Virus record (IMG/VR): IMGVR_UViG_2884683641_000001
Location: 62 to 64,061 of that record
DNA: 64,000 nucleotides
Reading direction: 5' to 3' (one strand)
From: a virus
Shown: piece after piece, positions 17,485 through 26,548 of the stretch
How the letters are laid out: each line of letters starts with the position of its first letter
How positions within the stretch are numbered: the stretch's first letter is position 1
Program-made: the position numbers and the translations under genes
Notes under the pieces: model-generated
What the model was told of the DNA's origin: nothing
Database searches by the model: none
The model's input: only the letters and a program-made list of their open reading frames with translations

Positions 17485-17799
17485 CTAGAGCCAACTCGCC
17501 ACGCCGCCATGCCGCGAACAAGTGCCACGCCGGCTCTTGCTGAAGCTGTAGCTCTCATCCCGGCACTTCGCCGTGGCGCCGTCCGGCACCTTGCCATCGA
17601 CGCTCTTCGCCGGCGAGTGCACATCCTGGCCAGCCTTGTTCACGTAGTGGCCGTGCGTCTGCAGGTCGGCTTCATTGGGCTCGGTTTTCTTTGGCGCGGC
17701 CGGCGCAGTTGCAGGTGTGCCTGGTGGTGGCGCGAGCTGGGCGAGGGCATCGCAAACACCGCCCGCAAGTAGCAGGGAGAGGAGGAGGGCGCGCAACAT
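17485..17799 (-). CDS. DUF3761-like secreted protein
   Basis: Signal peptide; HYVNKAGQDVHSP...ATAKCRDESYSFSKSRRGTCSRHGGV. Confidence 0.85.
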   Translation of the reverse strand: MLRALLLSLLLAGGVCDALAQLAPPPGTPATAPAAPKKTEPNEADLQTHGHYVNKAGQDVHSPAKSVDGKVPDGATAKCRDESYSFSKSRRGTCSRHGGVASWL

Positions 17800-17802
17800 C
17801 GC

Positions 17803-18090
17803 TTACTTCGTACCTGGCTTGCCGGTTTCGGGATTGACGTTACCCTTCGTGGACCAGTTGTTGGCCTTCGTGCCGTCCTTGGTGGATCGATTATGTGCGG
17901 CCACGTGGGTGCCATCCTTTTTTGTGTAGCTAGACACATGCTCGCGGGAGGACTTCGCGCCGGTACCAGTAGCCGGTTTGCTGGAATAGTGAGCGCCACC
18001 AGAATGCCCACCGCTATGACCGCCGCGCGCGAACGCGGATGTTGTGGCGCAGATTGCCAGAATTACGACCAATGCTATTTTCACAATCAT
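17803..18090 (-). CDS. Small secreted Gly/His/Lys-rich protein
   Basis: Signal peptide (AFA-RG); HVSSYTKKDGTHV...NWSTKGNVNPETGKPGT; GGAG SD. Confidence 0.75.
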   Translation of the reverse strand: MIVKIALVVILAICATTSAFARGGHSGGHSGGAHYSSKPATGTGAKSSREHVSSYTKKDGTHVAAHNRSTKDGTKANNWSTKGNVNPETGKPGTK

Positions 18091-18163
18091 CTCCAGGATC
18101 GGCAAGAACGTGCCGTTTCGTTCGGAAATTATATGATTTATTGACAATTGGAAATCTATCCAA

Positions 18164-19102
18164 TTATTTCGATTGGCGAATCCGATCTAGCCTCACCTCA
18201 TCTCGACCTTCTAATATTTCGGCGCATCGCGCGCGCAGTTTTCGAAGTGTCACGGGTCCGATGCCCTTGATTTTGAGCAGTTGATCATCGGATGCGTCGC
18301 TGATACGATTGGGCGTATCGAGCGCCACATCCCACATCGCCGTAACTGCCGTATAAGGGAGCCCCGGAATTGTGTCGATGAATCGCGGGAAGAACCAGCC
18401 GCAAAGATCCTCGGCGCGATGTCCGATCAAGCCTCTATACTTTCCCCATCGAGGATCGCTGGCCGCCGCAAAAACGGCGTTATGGCGATGCTCAATCAAG
18501 CCTGGGGTTTCAGCGGCTAGTCTGAGGGCCACCAGAAAATCCCGATAGCCCCAATCGTCACCATTGCGCACCTGCACCTCAAGCGGCACCCAAGCTGGCG
18601 CGGGCTCATCCATATCCACGCCCATTTGGCGGAGGGTTTTTGTCCTTGCACGCCAGTGACCGTAATCACCTGGTGGCGCGCCCGGCATCCGGGTCTGCTC
18701 AAGGTCACGAGTTCCATGCAGCAGCAGATGTTCAAGAGGCGTGGAAAAGTGCATGACGGCGCGATACTCCCACCCATCATAGATACCTCCGCGCTGCAAA
18801 GGATGGAGCTCAAATGTCGCATCGATTTCCACCTGAATCGCTGCGATGCCCGCTTTCAGTTCATTTAGATTGGTGGCTTTGATGCGGGGATATTTTGCGG
18901 CGATGAATTCAAATTCACGAAGCTTTTCTCGGGCTAAGTCTAGGCGCAACCTTCGAGTATCGATGTTTGTGCTTTTGGCCGCAAGCTGCGCGGATTCATT
19001 AATTATGCGAACGAGATTAAGAAGTTGCCCAACCACGAACCCAGGAACAATGTCGTCATTCGCTGGCGTGGGTTCGTGTGAGGCAAAGCGCCATACGCTC
19101 AT
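18164..19102 (-). CDS. Hypothetical protein with C-terminal helix-hairpin-helix
   Basis: LLKIKGIGPVTLRKL; starts 15 bp downstream of cI. Confidence 0.75.
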   Translation of the reverse strand: MSVWRFASHEPTPANDDIVPGFVVGQLLNLVRIINESAQLAAKSTNIDTRRLRLDLAREKLREFEFIAAKYPRIKATNLNELKAGIAAIQVEIDATFELHPLQRGGIYDGWEYRAVMHFSTPLEHLLLHGTRDLEQTRMPGAPPGDYGHWRARTKTLRQMGVDMDEPAPAWVPLEVQVRNGDDWGYRDFLVALRLAAETPGLIEHRHNAVFAAASDPRWGKYRGLIGHRAEDLCGWFFPRFIDTIPGLPYTAVTAMWDVALDTPNRISDASDDQLLKIKGIGPVTLRKLRARCAEILEGRDEVRLDRIRQSK

Positions 19103-19116
19103 ACCGCATGGTTCCG

Positions 19117-19800
19117 TCAGATGTGGTCAGTCTCGCGCTTAACCACGCGTCCGATTATCTCGCAATCCCCAGTCCGGCAACCCTTGGGGCGGTGCCGGGC
19201 CTGGTCTGGATTGTCAGAGAATAGCCACCAATCGCCACGTTCCTTTACTAGCCGCTTGATCACCGCCTCGCCGTCGTAATTGAAGGCGTAGACCACCCCA
19301 TCCTTCATCGCCTTGTCAGCGGTATCAATGATGACCACGTCACCTTCGTACAAATTGGGTTCCATGCTTTCGCCGGCCACTGTAAGCGCAAGCAGCGTGG
19401 ACGGGTGAATTCCTTTGCGGTCCACCCAGTTCTTGCGCAAGCTGATCGTGTCGCCGTCGTAGATGTCAGGCACCGTCTGAAAACCGGTAACGCCGGCGCG
19501 GAGCTGAAGCTTTACCTTTTTGATGTGGTAGAAATTCGGGTCACCCTGTTCGGCGATCACCACGCGCATTGCGCCAGGAATATCGACAGGATCAGCTGGA
19601 GAGCCGAGAAGTTGGTCAGTGGTGAGCCCGAGTGCTAGAGCGATCGATACCGCTTTGCTGGCGGGTGCGCCGCGAGACTTCCAGTTCGTGATGACATTCG
19701 CCTCAATTTCAAGGCTCGAGCGCAACCACGCCTGATCCTTTCCAAGCTCTGCCAAGCGGGCCTCTATCCGGGCCCAAGGAATATTGCCTCTTTTACTCAT
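19117..19800 (-). CDS. cI: CI-like repressor (HTH plus S24 autopeptidase)
   Basis: N-terminal HTH, Ala-Gly site (RAGVTG), GESMEP Ser and VIKRL Lys; divergent from cro. Confidence 0.93.
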   Translation of the reverse strand: MSKRGNIPWARIEARLAELGKDQAWLRSSLEIEANVITNWKSRGAPASKAVSIALALGLTTDQLLGSPADPVDIPGAMRVVIAEQGDPNFYHIKKVKLQLRAGVTGFQTVPDIYDGDTISLRKNWVDRKGIHPSTLLALTVAGESMEPNLYEGDVVIIDTADKAMKDGVVYAFNYDGEAVIKRLVKERGDWWLFSDNPDQARHRPKGCRTGDCEIIGRVVKRETDHI

Positions 19801-19806
19801 GCGCGA

Positions 19807-19875
19807 AGGATAGCGACCTATTCACAAAACGTGTTACACAAAAAGTTTGACTGCGATACACAAGATGTGTAGCAT
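19807..19875. promoter_or_regulatory. OR operators with pR and pRM
   Basis: Sites at 19821-19835, 19835-19849 and TACACA-aga-TGTGTA at 19857-19871; pR TTGACT-17-TAGCAT; pRM -10 TATCCT on the minus strand at 19807-19812. Confidence 0.85.
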
Positions 19876-19881
19876 GGCCTC

Positions 19882-20229
19882 ATGAACTCACTCGACAAAG
19901 CAATTCAGTGGTGCGATGGCCTGTCATCGCTAGCGGAAAAAATTGGCATTAGTTCTGCTCGCCTCGGCAACTGGCGCGTGCGCGGCGTGCCTGTCGAGCA
20001 TTGTCTCGCCATCGAAAAAGCTACAGACGGCCAGGTCACACGCAAAGACCTGCGCCCCGACGACTGGCAAAACATCTGGCCAGAATTGGCCGATGACCAC
20101 ACTCGCCGCGCCACCGACCCCGCACCACCCGCTGGCCACGCCGGCCGCCAACCATCATCCCCTCACAACATCACCGACACTGTTCCTGAACGTGCGGTGG
20201 TGACACCTCTGCTTGGAGAAAAAGCATGA
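19882..20229 (+). CDS. cro: Cro-like (YdaS-type) regulator
   Basis: SLAEKIGISSARLGNWR...CLAIEKATDGQVTRKDLRPDDWQNIWPEL. Confidence 0.88.
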   Translation: MNSLDKAIQWCDGLSSLAEKIGISSARLGNWRVRGVPVEHCLAIEKATDGQVTRKDLRPDDWQNIWPELADDHTRRATDPAPPAGHAGRQPSSPHNITDTVPERAVVTPLLGEKA

Positions 20230-20720
20230 AGAAGATCATCGACCGCCTGATGGCGAAGCTGGGGTACGTGCCGGCGGCCGCACTCGATGCGCTAGCCTTC
20301 ACTCCACTGAAGATCGAAATCGACACCAGCCAGGTAAGCGACGCGCTCACCCTGTTGGAGAAGGTGATTAGCGTCGCGCAGAAGGCGGAGGTTGCCGTCG
20401 CGGCGGTGAGCGCGGCTGCTGGTATGCCCGCGCCGGTACCGGCGGATGGCGGTCTCGTGCTCAACGAATTACGTGCCATGCGTGCTGAACTCAAGTCGAT
20501 TCGCGAGCACTCTGGCGCACGCCTCGCAACCGTCACCGACCGCGAGCGCTTCGCACATGTGCCGCCGCCGGCCGGCGCAAAGCGCGGCCACTGGGCATGC
20601 ATTGTCGGAAGCGCTGCGCCTGTATGGATGGAGGATCGTCCAATGGAATACGATCCGGCGACTGGTGGCGTTAGGGCTCCTGGTTCAGCAGCTTCTGAAG
20701 TTGCAGGATTGCGGATTTGA
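20226..20720 (+). CDS. Hypothetical protein
   Basis: ATGA-coupled to cro. Confidence 0.65.
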   Translation: MKKIIDRLMAKLGYVPAAALDALAFTPLKIEIDTSQVSDALTLLEKVISVAQKAEVAVAAVSAAAGMPAPVPADGGLVLNELRAMRAELKSIREHSGARLATVTDRERFAHVPPPAGAKRGHWACIVGSAAPVWMEDRPMEYDPATGGVRAPGSAASEVAGLRI

Positions 20721-20874
20721 TCGGAATTTCCTTCAGATCCTTCGCTGTGTACGAATCGACATCCGCTATAGAGACGTTCACGCTGACGTTGATCTTGAGC
20801 CAATCGAAATCGTAGGTTGCTTCCGCTTCGAAATTTTCGCTGAACGTGATCTGAACATTTTGTTTGCAGTCCAT
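20671..20874 (-). CDS. Small antisense moron (67 aa)
   Basis: AT-richer segment, AAGGGA SD; MDCKQNVQITFSENF... Confidence 0.55.
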   Translation of the reverse strand: MDCKQNVQITFSENFEAEATYDFDWLKINVSVNVSIADVDSYTAKDLKEIPIKSAILQLQKLLNQEP

Positions 20875-20959
20875 GGGAGATCCCTTTGCAAGTTGTTGTG
20901 TGAGAACTGCAACTGTACCGCATTGGAATCTCCCGCCCGATTTTCTGAAAGGAAGCTGT

Positions 20960-21403
20960 ATGAGCAACCACCAAGCCCTGAGCGCCGCGCTGCTGGCCGC
21001 ATTCCAGCTCGACGCTGATAGCCGCGACCCGGCCGCCATCGCCGACACGGCCGCCACGCTGCTGATCGAGCTCGCCACCATCCTGCGCGGCCCGCCTGTG
21101 ACCGTGGCCAACATCGCCGGCGTCGAACTGGTGGGCGATGAAACCCAGGCGCTGATGCTGGCCGAGCTGCGCAAGCAGACCACGCTGCTGGAAGTGATCG
21201 CCAAGCAGGGCGACCAGCAAATCAAATTCTTCGCGCCTGCATCCCCAGCGGACGTCGATGGCGACTCGAAGGCGAAGCAGCAGCAAGCACTTATCAGCGA
21301 CCTCAACCTGCAGGATCCAGCTGACCGTGAAAAATTTATGCGTATCGCGGCAGCGGCCAGTGATCCAGTCTGCGGCGCCGCCGCTTGCGGCATGCCGGGC
21401 TGA
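20960..21403 (+). CDS. Hypothetical protein (start MSNHQA)
   Basis: AAAGGAAG SD; phage-like codon use. Confidence 0.65.
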   Translation: MSNHQALSAALLAAFQLDADSRDPAAIADTAATLLIELATILRGPPVTVANIAGVELVGDETQALMLAELRKQTTLLEVIAKQGDQQIKFFAPASPADVDGDSKAKQQQALISDLNLQDPADREKFMRIAAAASDPVCGAAACGMPG

Positions 21404-21481
21404 CGCCGCTATCGAAATTTGCACCACCAGCATCATCCGCATCACCTGAAATCCTGAATCACTTTTATAGGAAAAAACACC

Positions 21482-21754
21482 ATGAACCGCAACAAGATGC
21501 CCAAACCTCGCGTCCTCGTCGCGAAAGCGTTGTTCAACGAGGATGAATACCGCGACTTCAGCGCCGCATGTGCCGAGGCCGGCGAGTCGCAGAGCCGCAC
21601 GCTGCGCCAGCTGGCAAACGACTGGTCGGCGCGTTTTCAAAATGATAGGCGCCGCGGCGCGCAAACGGAATGGCCGAAAGCTGGCCAGAACATGGCCATG
21701 TTTTTGCCCGGCCGCGCGAATTTCAGCGTGCCGCGCCACCACATGCGTATGTGA
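21482..21754 (+). CDS. Small putative DNA-binding protein
   Basis: AGGA SD, 90 aa. Confidence 0.6.
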   Translation: MNRNKMPKPRVLVAKALFNEDEYRDFSAACAEAGESQSRTLRQLANDWSARFQNDRRRGAQTEWPKAGQNMAMFLPGRANFSVPRHHMRM

Positions 21755-21850
21755 ATCCTCGGCCAGTCTATTCCCACCTGGAGTGCTGAGCCTTGATCTA
21801 ACCGGGATGCCGCGCCCCGTCGCGCGCGGCGAATAGAGGATGAAAATCAC

Positions 21851-22105
21851 ATGTCCAAAGCATCGCTACAACAGCAAAAGCCCGGCGCCGCATCCGCTCT
21901 GCTGGACCAGTTTGCCGCCCAGCTGCGGTTGAAGAACGACGCTGCCCTGGCGCGCGCCTTCGAGGTGGCGCCGCCGGTGATCAGCAAGATCCGCAAGGAC
22001 AAGATTCCCTTCGGTGATCGCATGATCCTGAAGGCGCACGAGAAGTTCAACTTCGCAGTCGCGCCGATCCGCAAAGTTCTGTCCGGTGAGGCGCTGACCG
22101 TATGA
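21851..22105 (+). CDS. HTH DNA-binding protein
   Basis: LKNDAALARAFEVAPPVISKIRK. Confidence 0.75.
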   Translation: MSKASLQQQKPGAASALLDQFAAQLRLKNDAALARAFEVAPPVISKIRKDKIPFGDRMILKAHEKFNFAVAPIRKVLSGEALTV

Positions 22106-22242
22106 GCCAACCGCAACAACCAGCGCACGACGACAAGCCGATGGATGTCGAGCCGGCCCACGTCATGTCGCACGAGAAGCACCGCCAGCGCGAGCACTAC
22201 GAACGAATGCTCCGCGAGCTGCGAGAAGAGCGGCGTAAATAA
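22102..22242 (+). CDS. Small charged protein (46 aa)
   Basis: Manual ORF, ATGA-coupled. Confidence 0.45.
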   Translation: MSQPQQPAHDDKPMDVEPAHVMSHEKHRQREHYERMLRELREERRK

Positions 22243-22394
22243 AAAAGGCCGCGTCGATGCGCGGCCGAAAAAATCCACTTCAGGGTATTTCGAAGACCAT
22301 CGTAGCACAGCCTGAAGCGGGAAAAATTACGGTTAGGTAATGCAAATAAAAGGCCACGTTGCAGCGCGGCCTGACCATATAGCAGAGGAAACAC

Positions 22395-22598
22395 ATGTCC
22401 ACAATTTTACAGCAAGGACCGGCGCCAGACCACCCTGGCACGCCGGAGGGCAACATCACGCTCGCCGCGCGCGAATGGCGCGAAAAGGACCGTGATCACA
22501 TCGCCGAGAAGAGCGCCACCACCGGGGCCGCCGAGTACCGCGCGCGCCGTAAGCTGCGCATGACGGTTGACCTGAACGCACCTGCGGGGCAGCCATGA
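22395..22598 (+). CDS. Hypothetical protein
   Basis: GAGGA SD. Confidence 0.6.
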   Translation: MSTILQQGPAPDHPGTPEGNITLAAREWREKDRDHIAEKSATTGAAEYRARRKLRMTVDLNAPAGQP

Positions 22599-22942
22599 CG
22601 CGCGCGCTTCCACGCAAGGAAACGCGCTCCTACGCGCTGCTGATCGCCCTGCAGCAAGGCCCGGGCACCTTCTATCAGGTCTGCGAGCGCGCCGGCTTCG
22701 ACATCGAGCAACCAGGTGTCGAATCGCGTCTGCGCCCGATCTTCGCCACCATGATCGGCGGCCACGCCCAGCAGCACGGCATCATGTACTCGCTTACCGA
22801 CGAGGCGCGCGAAGCATTCGGCATCGTGCCGCCGGCGCCACCTCCGTACGTCGGCCAGGTCGCGGGCCCGGCGTTCCGCGGAGAGCACCACCCGACCACC
22901 GTGTTCATCACACGCCGGCCGAAGGAAGGGGCGCGGGCATGA
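22595..22942 (+). CDS. Hypothetical protein, possible winged helix
   Basis: Coupled ORF. Confidence 0.6.
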   Translation: MTRALPRKETRSYALLIALQQGPGTFYQVCERAGFDIEQPGVESRLRPIFATMIGGHAQQHGIMYSLTDEAREAFGIVPPAPPPYVGQVAGPAFRGEHHPTTVFITRRPKEGARA

Positions 22943-25224
22943 AGCGCGACGCCTGCACCTTCGAACTGCCGCTGGGGCACGAACTTATCATCGACAACTT
23001 CGCTGGCGGTGGCGGCACTAGCACCGGCCTCGAAGCGGCGTTCGGTCGGCCGGTCGACATCGCCATCAACCACGATCCCGAAGCGCTGGCGATGCATGCC
23101 ATCAACCACCCGCACACGAAGCACCTGTGCGAGAGCGTATGGGACGTCGATCCAATCAAGGTAACCAACAACCAGCCGGTGGCGCTGGTCTGGCTGTCGC
23201 CGGACTGCAAACACTTTAGCAAGGCCAAGGGCGGCACGCCGGTCAACAAGAACATCCGTGGCCTCGCATGGGTAGGATTGCGCTGGGGCTACCTGACCAA
23301 GCCGCGCGCCATCCTGCTCGAAAATGTTGAAGAGTTTAGGACCTGGGGGCCGCTGAAGGTCGGCGCCGACGGCAACATGTATCCCGATCCCGAATTCCGC
23401 GGGCGCCTGTTCGAGGCGTTCAAGGCAGCACTGTCGACCGGCATTCCGGCTGACCATCCCGATCTGGAAGAAATCTGCGAAGTGCTGGGCGAGAGCGTGC
23501 CGCGCGAAGCCTTGGTGAAGGGCCTCGGCTATATTGTAGAGTTTCGCGAACTGCGCGCCTGTGACTACGGCACGCCAACGATCCGCAAACGTCTGTTCAT
23601 GATCGCGCGCCGCGACGGACTGCCAATTCGGTGGCCGGAAGCTACAAATGGCGCGCCGACGTCGGCGGCCGTCATCGCAGGCAAGTTAGCACCGTGGCGA
23701 ACAGCCGCCGAGTGCATCGACTGGTCGATTCCTTGCCCATCGATCTTTGAGCGCAAGCGCCCGCTGGCCGAGGCCACGATGCGGCGCATCGCCAAGGGCA
23801 TCATGCGCTACGTGGTGGAGTCGGCGTCGCCGTTCATCGTGGGGCAGGGTGGCCCGATCTACTCTGGCAAACCGGTGTCGGCGGAGCAGCCGTTCGGCAC
23901 CCTAACCACAGAGAACCACCGCGCCGTGGTCGTGCCCAGCATCGTGCCGTTGACGCACCAAGGCGGCGAGCGGAACGAATCCGTGCACGAGCCGTTCCGC
24001 ACGATCACCGGCGCGCAGCGCGGGGAGAAGGCGCTGGCTACCGCCACCATGGTGCAAGTGGGCTACGGTGAACGCGCCGGCCAGGCGCCGCGCGCACTCG
24101 ACGTCGAGAAGCCGCCCGGTACGGTGGTGAGCGCGAACAAGGCCGCATTGGTCACGGCATTTCTGAATGAGCACGCCAATGCGCACAATCAGCGCGTGAT
24201 GCCGGCGGACGAGCCGCTGCGCACCATCTGCGCCCAAGTGAAGGGCGGCCACTTTAGCGCCGTGTCCGCGACCCTGGTGGGCGTCGGCGGCCGCGCCGGT
24301 GAGAGCCGCCCGCGCGGCGCGAACGAGCCGGCTGCAACCATCACCGCAAAGGGAGATACCGCAGTCGTCACCGCCGAACTGGCGCCATTCGTCATGACCA
24401 ATACGACCGGCCACCCTGGTGCTGAAGTCGACGCGCCGGTACCCACTATCACCGCAGCGGGCAACCAGGCGCTCGCGGTCGCGCACATTACCAAGTTCCG
24501 CACCGGCGCCACCGGGAGCGACATGGCCGAGCCTCTGCCGACGATCACCGCTGGTCCGAAGGAAAATCCGGCTGGGTGCGCGCACGCGATGGGCATCGTG
24601 ACGGCAAACCTGATCCACATGGGGCACGGCGAGGGGCAGGCTGGCGGAAAGCGCTTCAGCCATGGTATTCGCGATGTGGAGCAGCCGCTGAACACCGTGA
24701 CCGCGAGCGGCGCCGCCGGCGGTATCGTGACCAGCAGCCTCGTGAAGCTGCGCGGCACCAGCACTACAGCTAGCATGGACGAGTCCTTGCACACTATTGG
24801 CGCCGGCGGCCAGCACCACGCCGAGGTGCGCGCGTTTCTGTTGAAGTACTACGGCACCGACCAGGATCCGCGCCTGGAGGAGCCGCTGCACACGGTCACC
24901 ACCAAGGACCGATACGGCCTCGTCACCATCCAGGGTGTGGACTACCAGATCGTCGACATCGGCCTGCGCATGCTGGAGCCGGCCGAGTTGTATCGCGCGC
25001 AGGGTTTCCCGGCCGACTATGTGATCCGCGAGATTCCTGACCCGGAGCTACTGTTCAAGGACGGCCACCAGGCCGACGGCGACCCGCTGCTGCTGCCGCG
25101 CGTGCCGCTGACGAAATCAGCCCAGGTACGCATGTGCGGAAACAGCGTTTGCCCGCCGTTGTCGGAAGCGCTGATTCGCGCCAACTTCACGCACGAGCGT
25201 GAGATGGGCTTGGTGGCGGCGTGA
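22939..25224 (+). CDS. DNA (cytosine-5)-methyltransferase with a repetitive variable region
   Basis: FAGGGG (motif I), SPDCKHFS (IV), LLENVEEF (VI), TIRKRLF (VIII), CGNSV (X). Confidence 0.93.
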   Translation: MKRDACTFELPLGHELIIDNFAGGGGTSTGLEAAFGRPVDIAINHDPEALAMHAINHPHTKHLCESVWDVDPIKVTNNQPVALVWLSPDCKHFSKAKGGTPVNKNIRGLAWVGLRWGYLTKPRAILLENVEEFRTWGPLKVGADGNMYPDPEFRGRLFEAFKAALSTGIPADHPDLEEICEVLGESVPREALVKGLGYIVEFRELRACDYGTPTIRKRLFMIARRDGLPIRWPEATNGAPTSAAVIAGKLAPWRTAAECIDWSIPCPSIFERKRPLAEATMRRIAKGIMRYVVESASPFIVGQGGPIYSGKPVSAEQPFGTLTTENHRAVVVPSIVPLTHQGGERNESVHEPFRTITGAQRGEKALATATMVQVGYGERAGQAPRALDVEKPPGTVVSANKAALVTAFLNEHANAHNQRVMPADEPLRTICAQVKGGHFSAVSATLVGVGGRAGESRPRGANEPAATITAKGDTAVVTAELAPFVMTNTTGHPGAEVDAPVPTITAAGNQALAVAHITKFRTGATGSDMAEPLPTITAGPKENPAGCAHAMGIVTANLIHMGHGEGQAGGKRFSHGIRDVEQPLNTVTASGAAGGIVTSSLVKLRGTSTTASMDESLHTIGAGGQHHAEVRAFLLKYYGTDQDPRLEEPLHTVTTKDRYGLVTIQGVDYQIVDIGLRMLEPAELYRAQGFPADYVIREIPDPELLFKDGHQADGDPLLLPRVPLTKSAQVRMCGNSVCPPLSEALIRANFTHEREMGLVAA

Positions 25225-25232
25225 GAAATCGC

Positions 25233-25433
25233 CTATTTCTTCGCATCGATGCGCTGCTTTGCTTCTTGGGCAGCCTCCATCAGCGCGAGCTCGTATCCGG
25301 GAATCGGGCGATCACACATCTCTGTGTAATCGAGTCCGTCGACGGTAAAAGACCAGCGCCAATTACCCTTTGAATCAACGGAAACGGAAATTTCCACGCG
25401 ATGGCCTTTATATTGAAAAGCGTTATCGGACAT
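25233..25433 (-). CDS. Small antisense moron (66 aa)
   Basis: AT-richer; own TG-C-TATGCT extended -10 at 25457-25465. Confidence 0.65.
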   Translation of the reverse strand: MSDNAFQYKGHRVEISVSVDSKGNWRWSFTVDGLDYTEMCDRPIPGYELALMEAAQEAKQRIDAKK

Positions 25434-25464
25434 TAAAAATCCAATCACAAAGAGGCAGCATAGC

Positions 25465-25902
25465 ATGATCTACGATCTAAGCCGCGCGGAGCGCCAGCAC
25501 CGCGCCATCAGCAATGAAAAGCCCGCACCCAACCTGGTGCCAAAGCGCTGCACCTGCGGCAAGGCGGCGCCGGCCAAGGTACTGGTCCAGCACGGCAAAT
25601 GCCACGCCTGCCAGCTGGCCGACCGCGTCGCCACGCTCGAACCCGGCGACGCCGACCTGCTGCTGTTCATGCTCGGCGCCACGCCGCACTGGCCGCGCGT
25701 GCGCTGGGGCTACCGCAACCACTACCTGGTCAACCGCCGCGATCGCGCTGCTATGGAGCGCCTGGTGGCGGCCGGCTTCGCGCGCGCCGGCGCCGTGCTG
25801 CTCCAACTGCAATACTTCCACGCGACGGAGGTCGGCTGCCGGCTGGCCGGCCTGGATGCGAAGCGCACGCGGGTGGCACTGTCGCTGGGAGCGCGGCCAT
25901 GA
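25465..25902 (+). CDS. Hypothetical protein with a Cys cluster
   Basis: RCTCGK...GKCHAC; GYRNHY. Confidence 0.65.
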   Translation: MIYDLSRAERQHRAISNEKPAPNLVPKRCTCGKAAPAKVLVQHGKCHACQLADRVATLEPGDADLLLFMLGATPHWPRVRWGYRNHYLVNRRDRAAMERLVAAGFARAGAVLLQLQYFHATEVGCRLAGLDAKRTRVALSLGARP

Positions 25903-26504
25903 CGCGCGATGCACTCGAACTCACCGGTGCCGAAATCGACACCCTGATAGCGCTGATCGAGCGCGGCCCATTACAGCACGGCGAGGAGCCGAGCAAATCC
26001 GGCCGCGACAGTCTGATTCAGCGCGGCCTGGCCGTGTCCATCGTCCACAAGCTTGAAGATGGCTGGACCGCAGCCACGCTTGCTGGCGTGAAGGCGGCTA
26101 CCAACTGGATTGGTTACAGCACGGACGAAATGGGCCGCGCACTCAGGGCGCAGGGCGCCTCAAAAAATAAAGGAAAGTGGCAGGTCGGCTTTCCTCTGAT
26201 TCGCCTTGGGCTATCTCGCAGCAACGCTATTGCCATCGTTGAGGGAATGGGGTGGCCGACGCCGCCAAGTTCCTCGTGCTGGATGTGCCCCAACCACCAC
26301 ATGCGGGAGTGGCGCGAGATTAAAAACGACCCGCGTGATTGGCCGAAAGTCGTGCAGTTTGATCGGGAGTTGCGCCGCTTGGATGCCCACGCTTGGCTGA
26401 CAGACCAGCCCGTCCCTATTGACCAGGTGGACTTCAGTGATGCTCAAGAAGTGCTGTTTGGCCGAGAGGCTGGCTCTTGCGAGAGCGGGATGTGCTTTCT
26501 ATGA
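25899..26504 (+). pseudogene. Chimeric ORF: phage protein N-terminus fused to the C-terminal half of a PAPS-reductase-like protein
   Basis: WIGYSTDE...FPLIRLGLSR...PPSSSCWMCPN...CESGMCF present; no N-terminal SGGxDS loop. Confidence 0.6.
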
Positions 26505-26548
26505 TGCGCCGCACACCCCTCAAGCTCGACGAGACCTCAATGGTTGTG

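Noticed and set aside
20171-21850. 559-aa minus-strand ORF
   Set aside because: Antisense shadow of several SD-led plus-strand genes; only its last 67 codons (20671-20874) look real.
22243-22373. Two similar AAAAGGCC...GCGCGGCC hairpins as a repeat system
   Set aside because: Only two copies; they fit ordinary minus-strand terminator-like hairpins common in lambdoid early regions.
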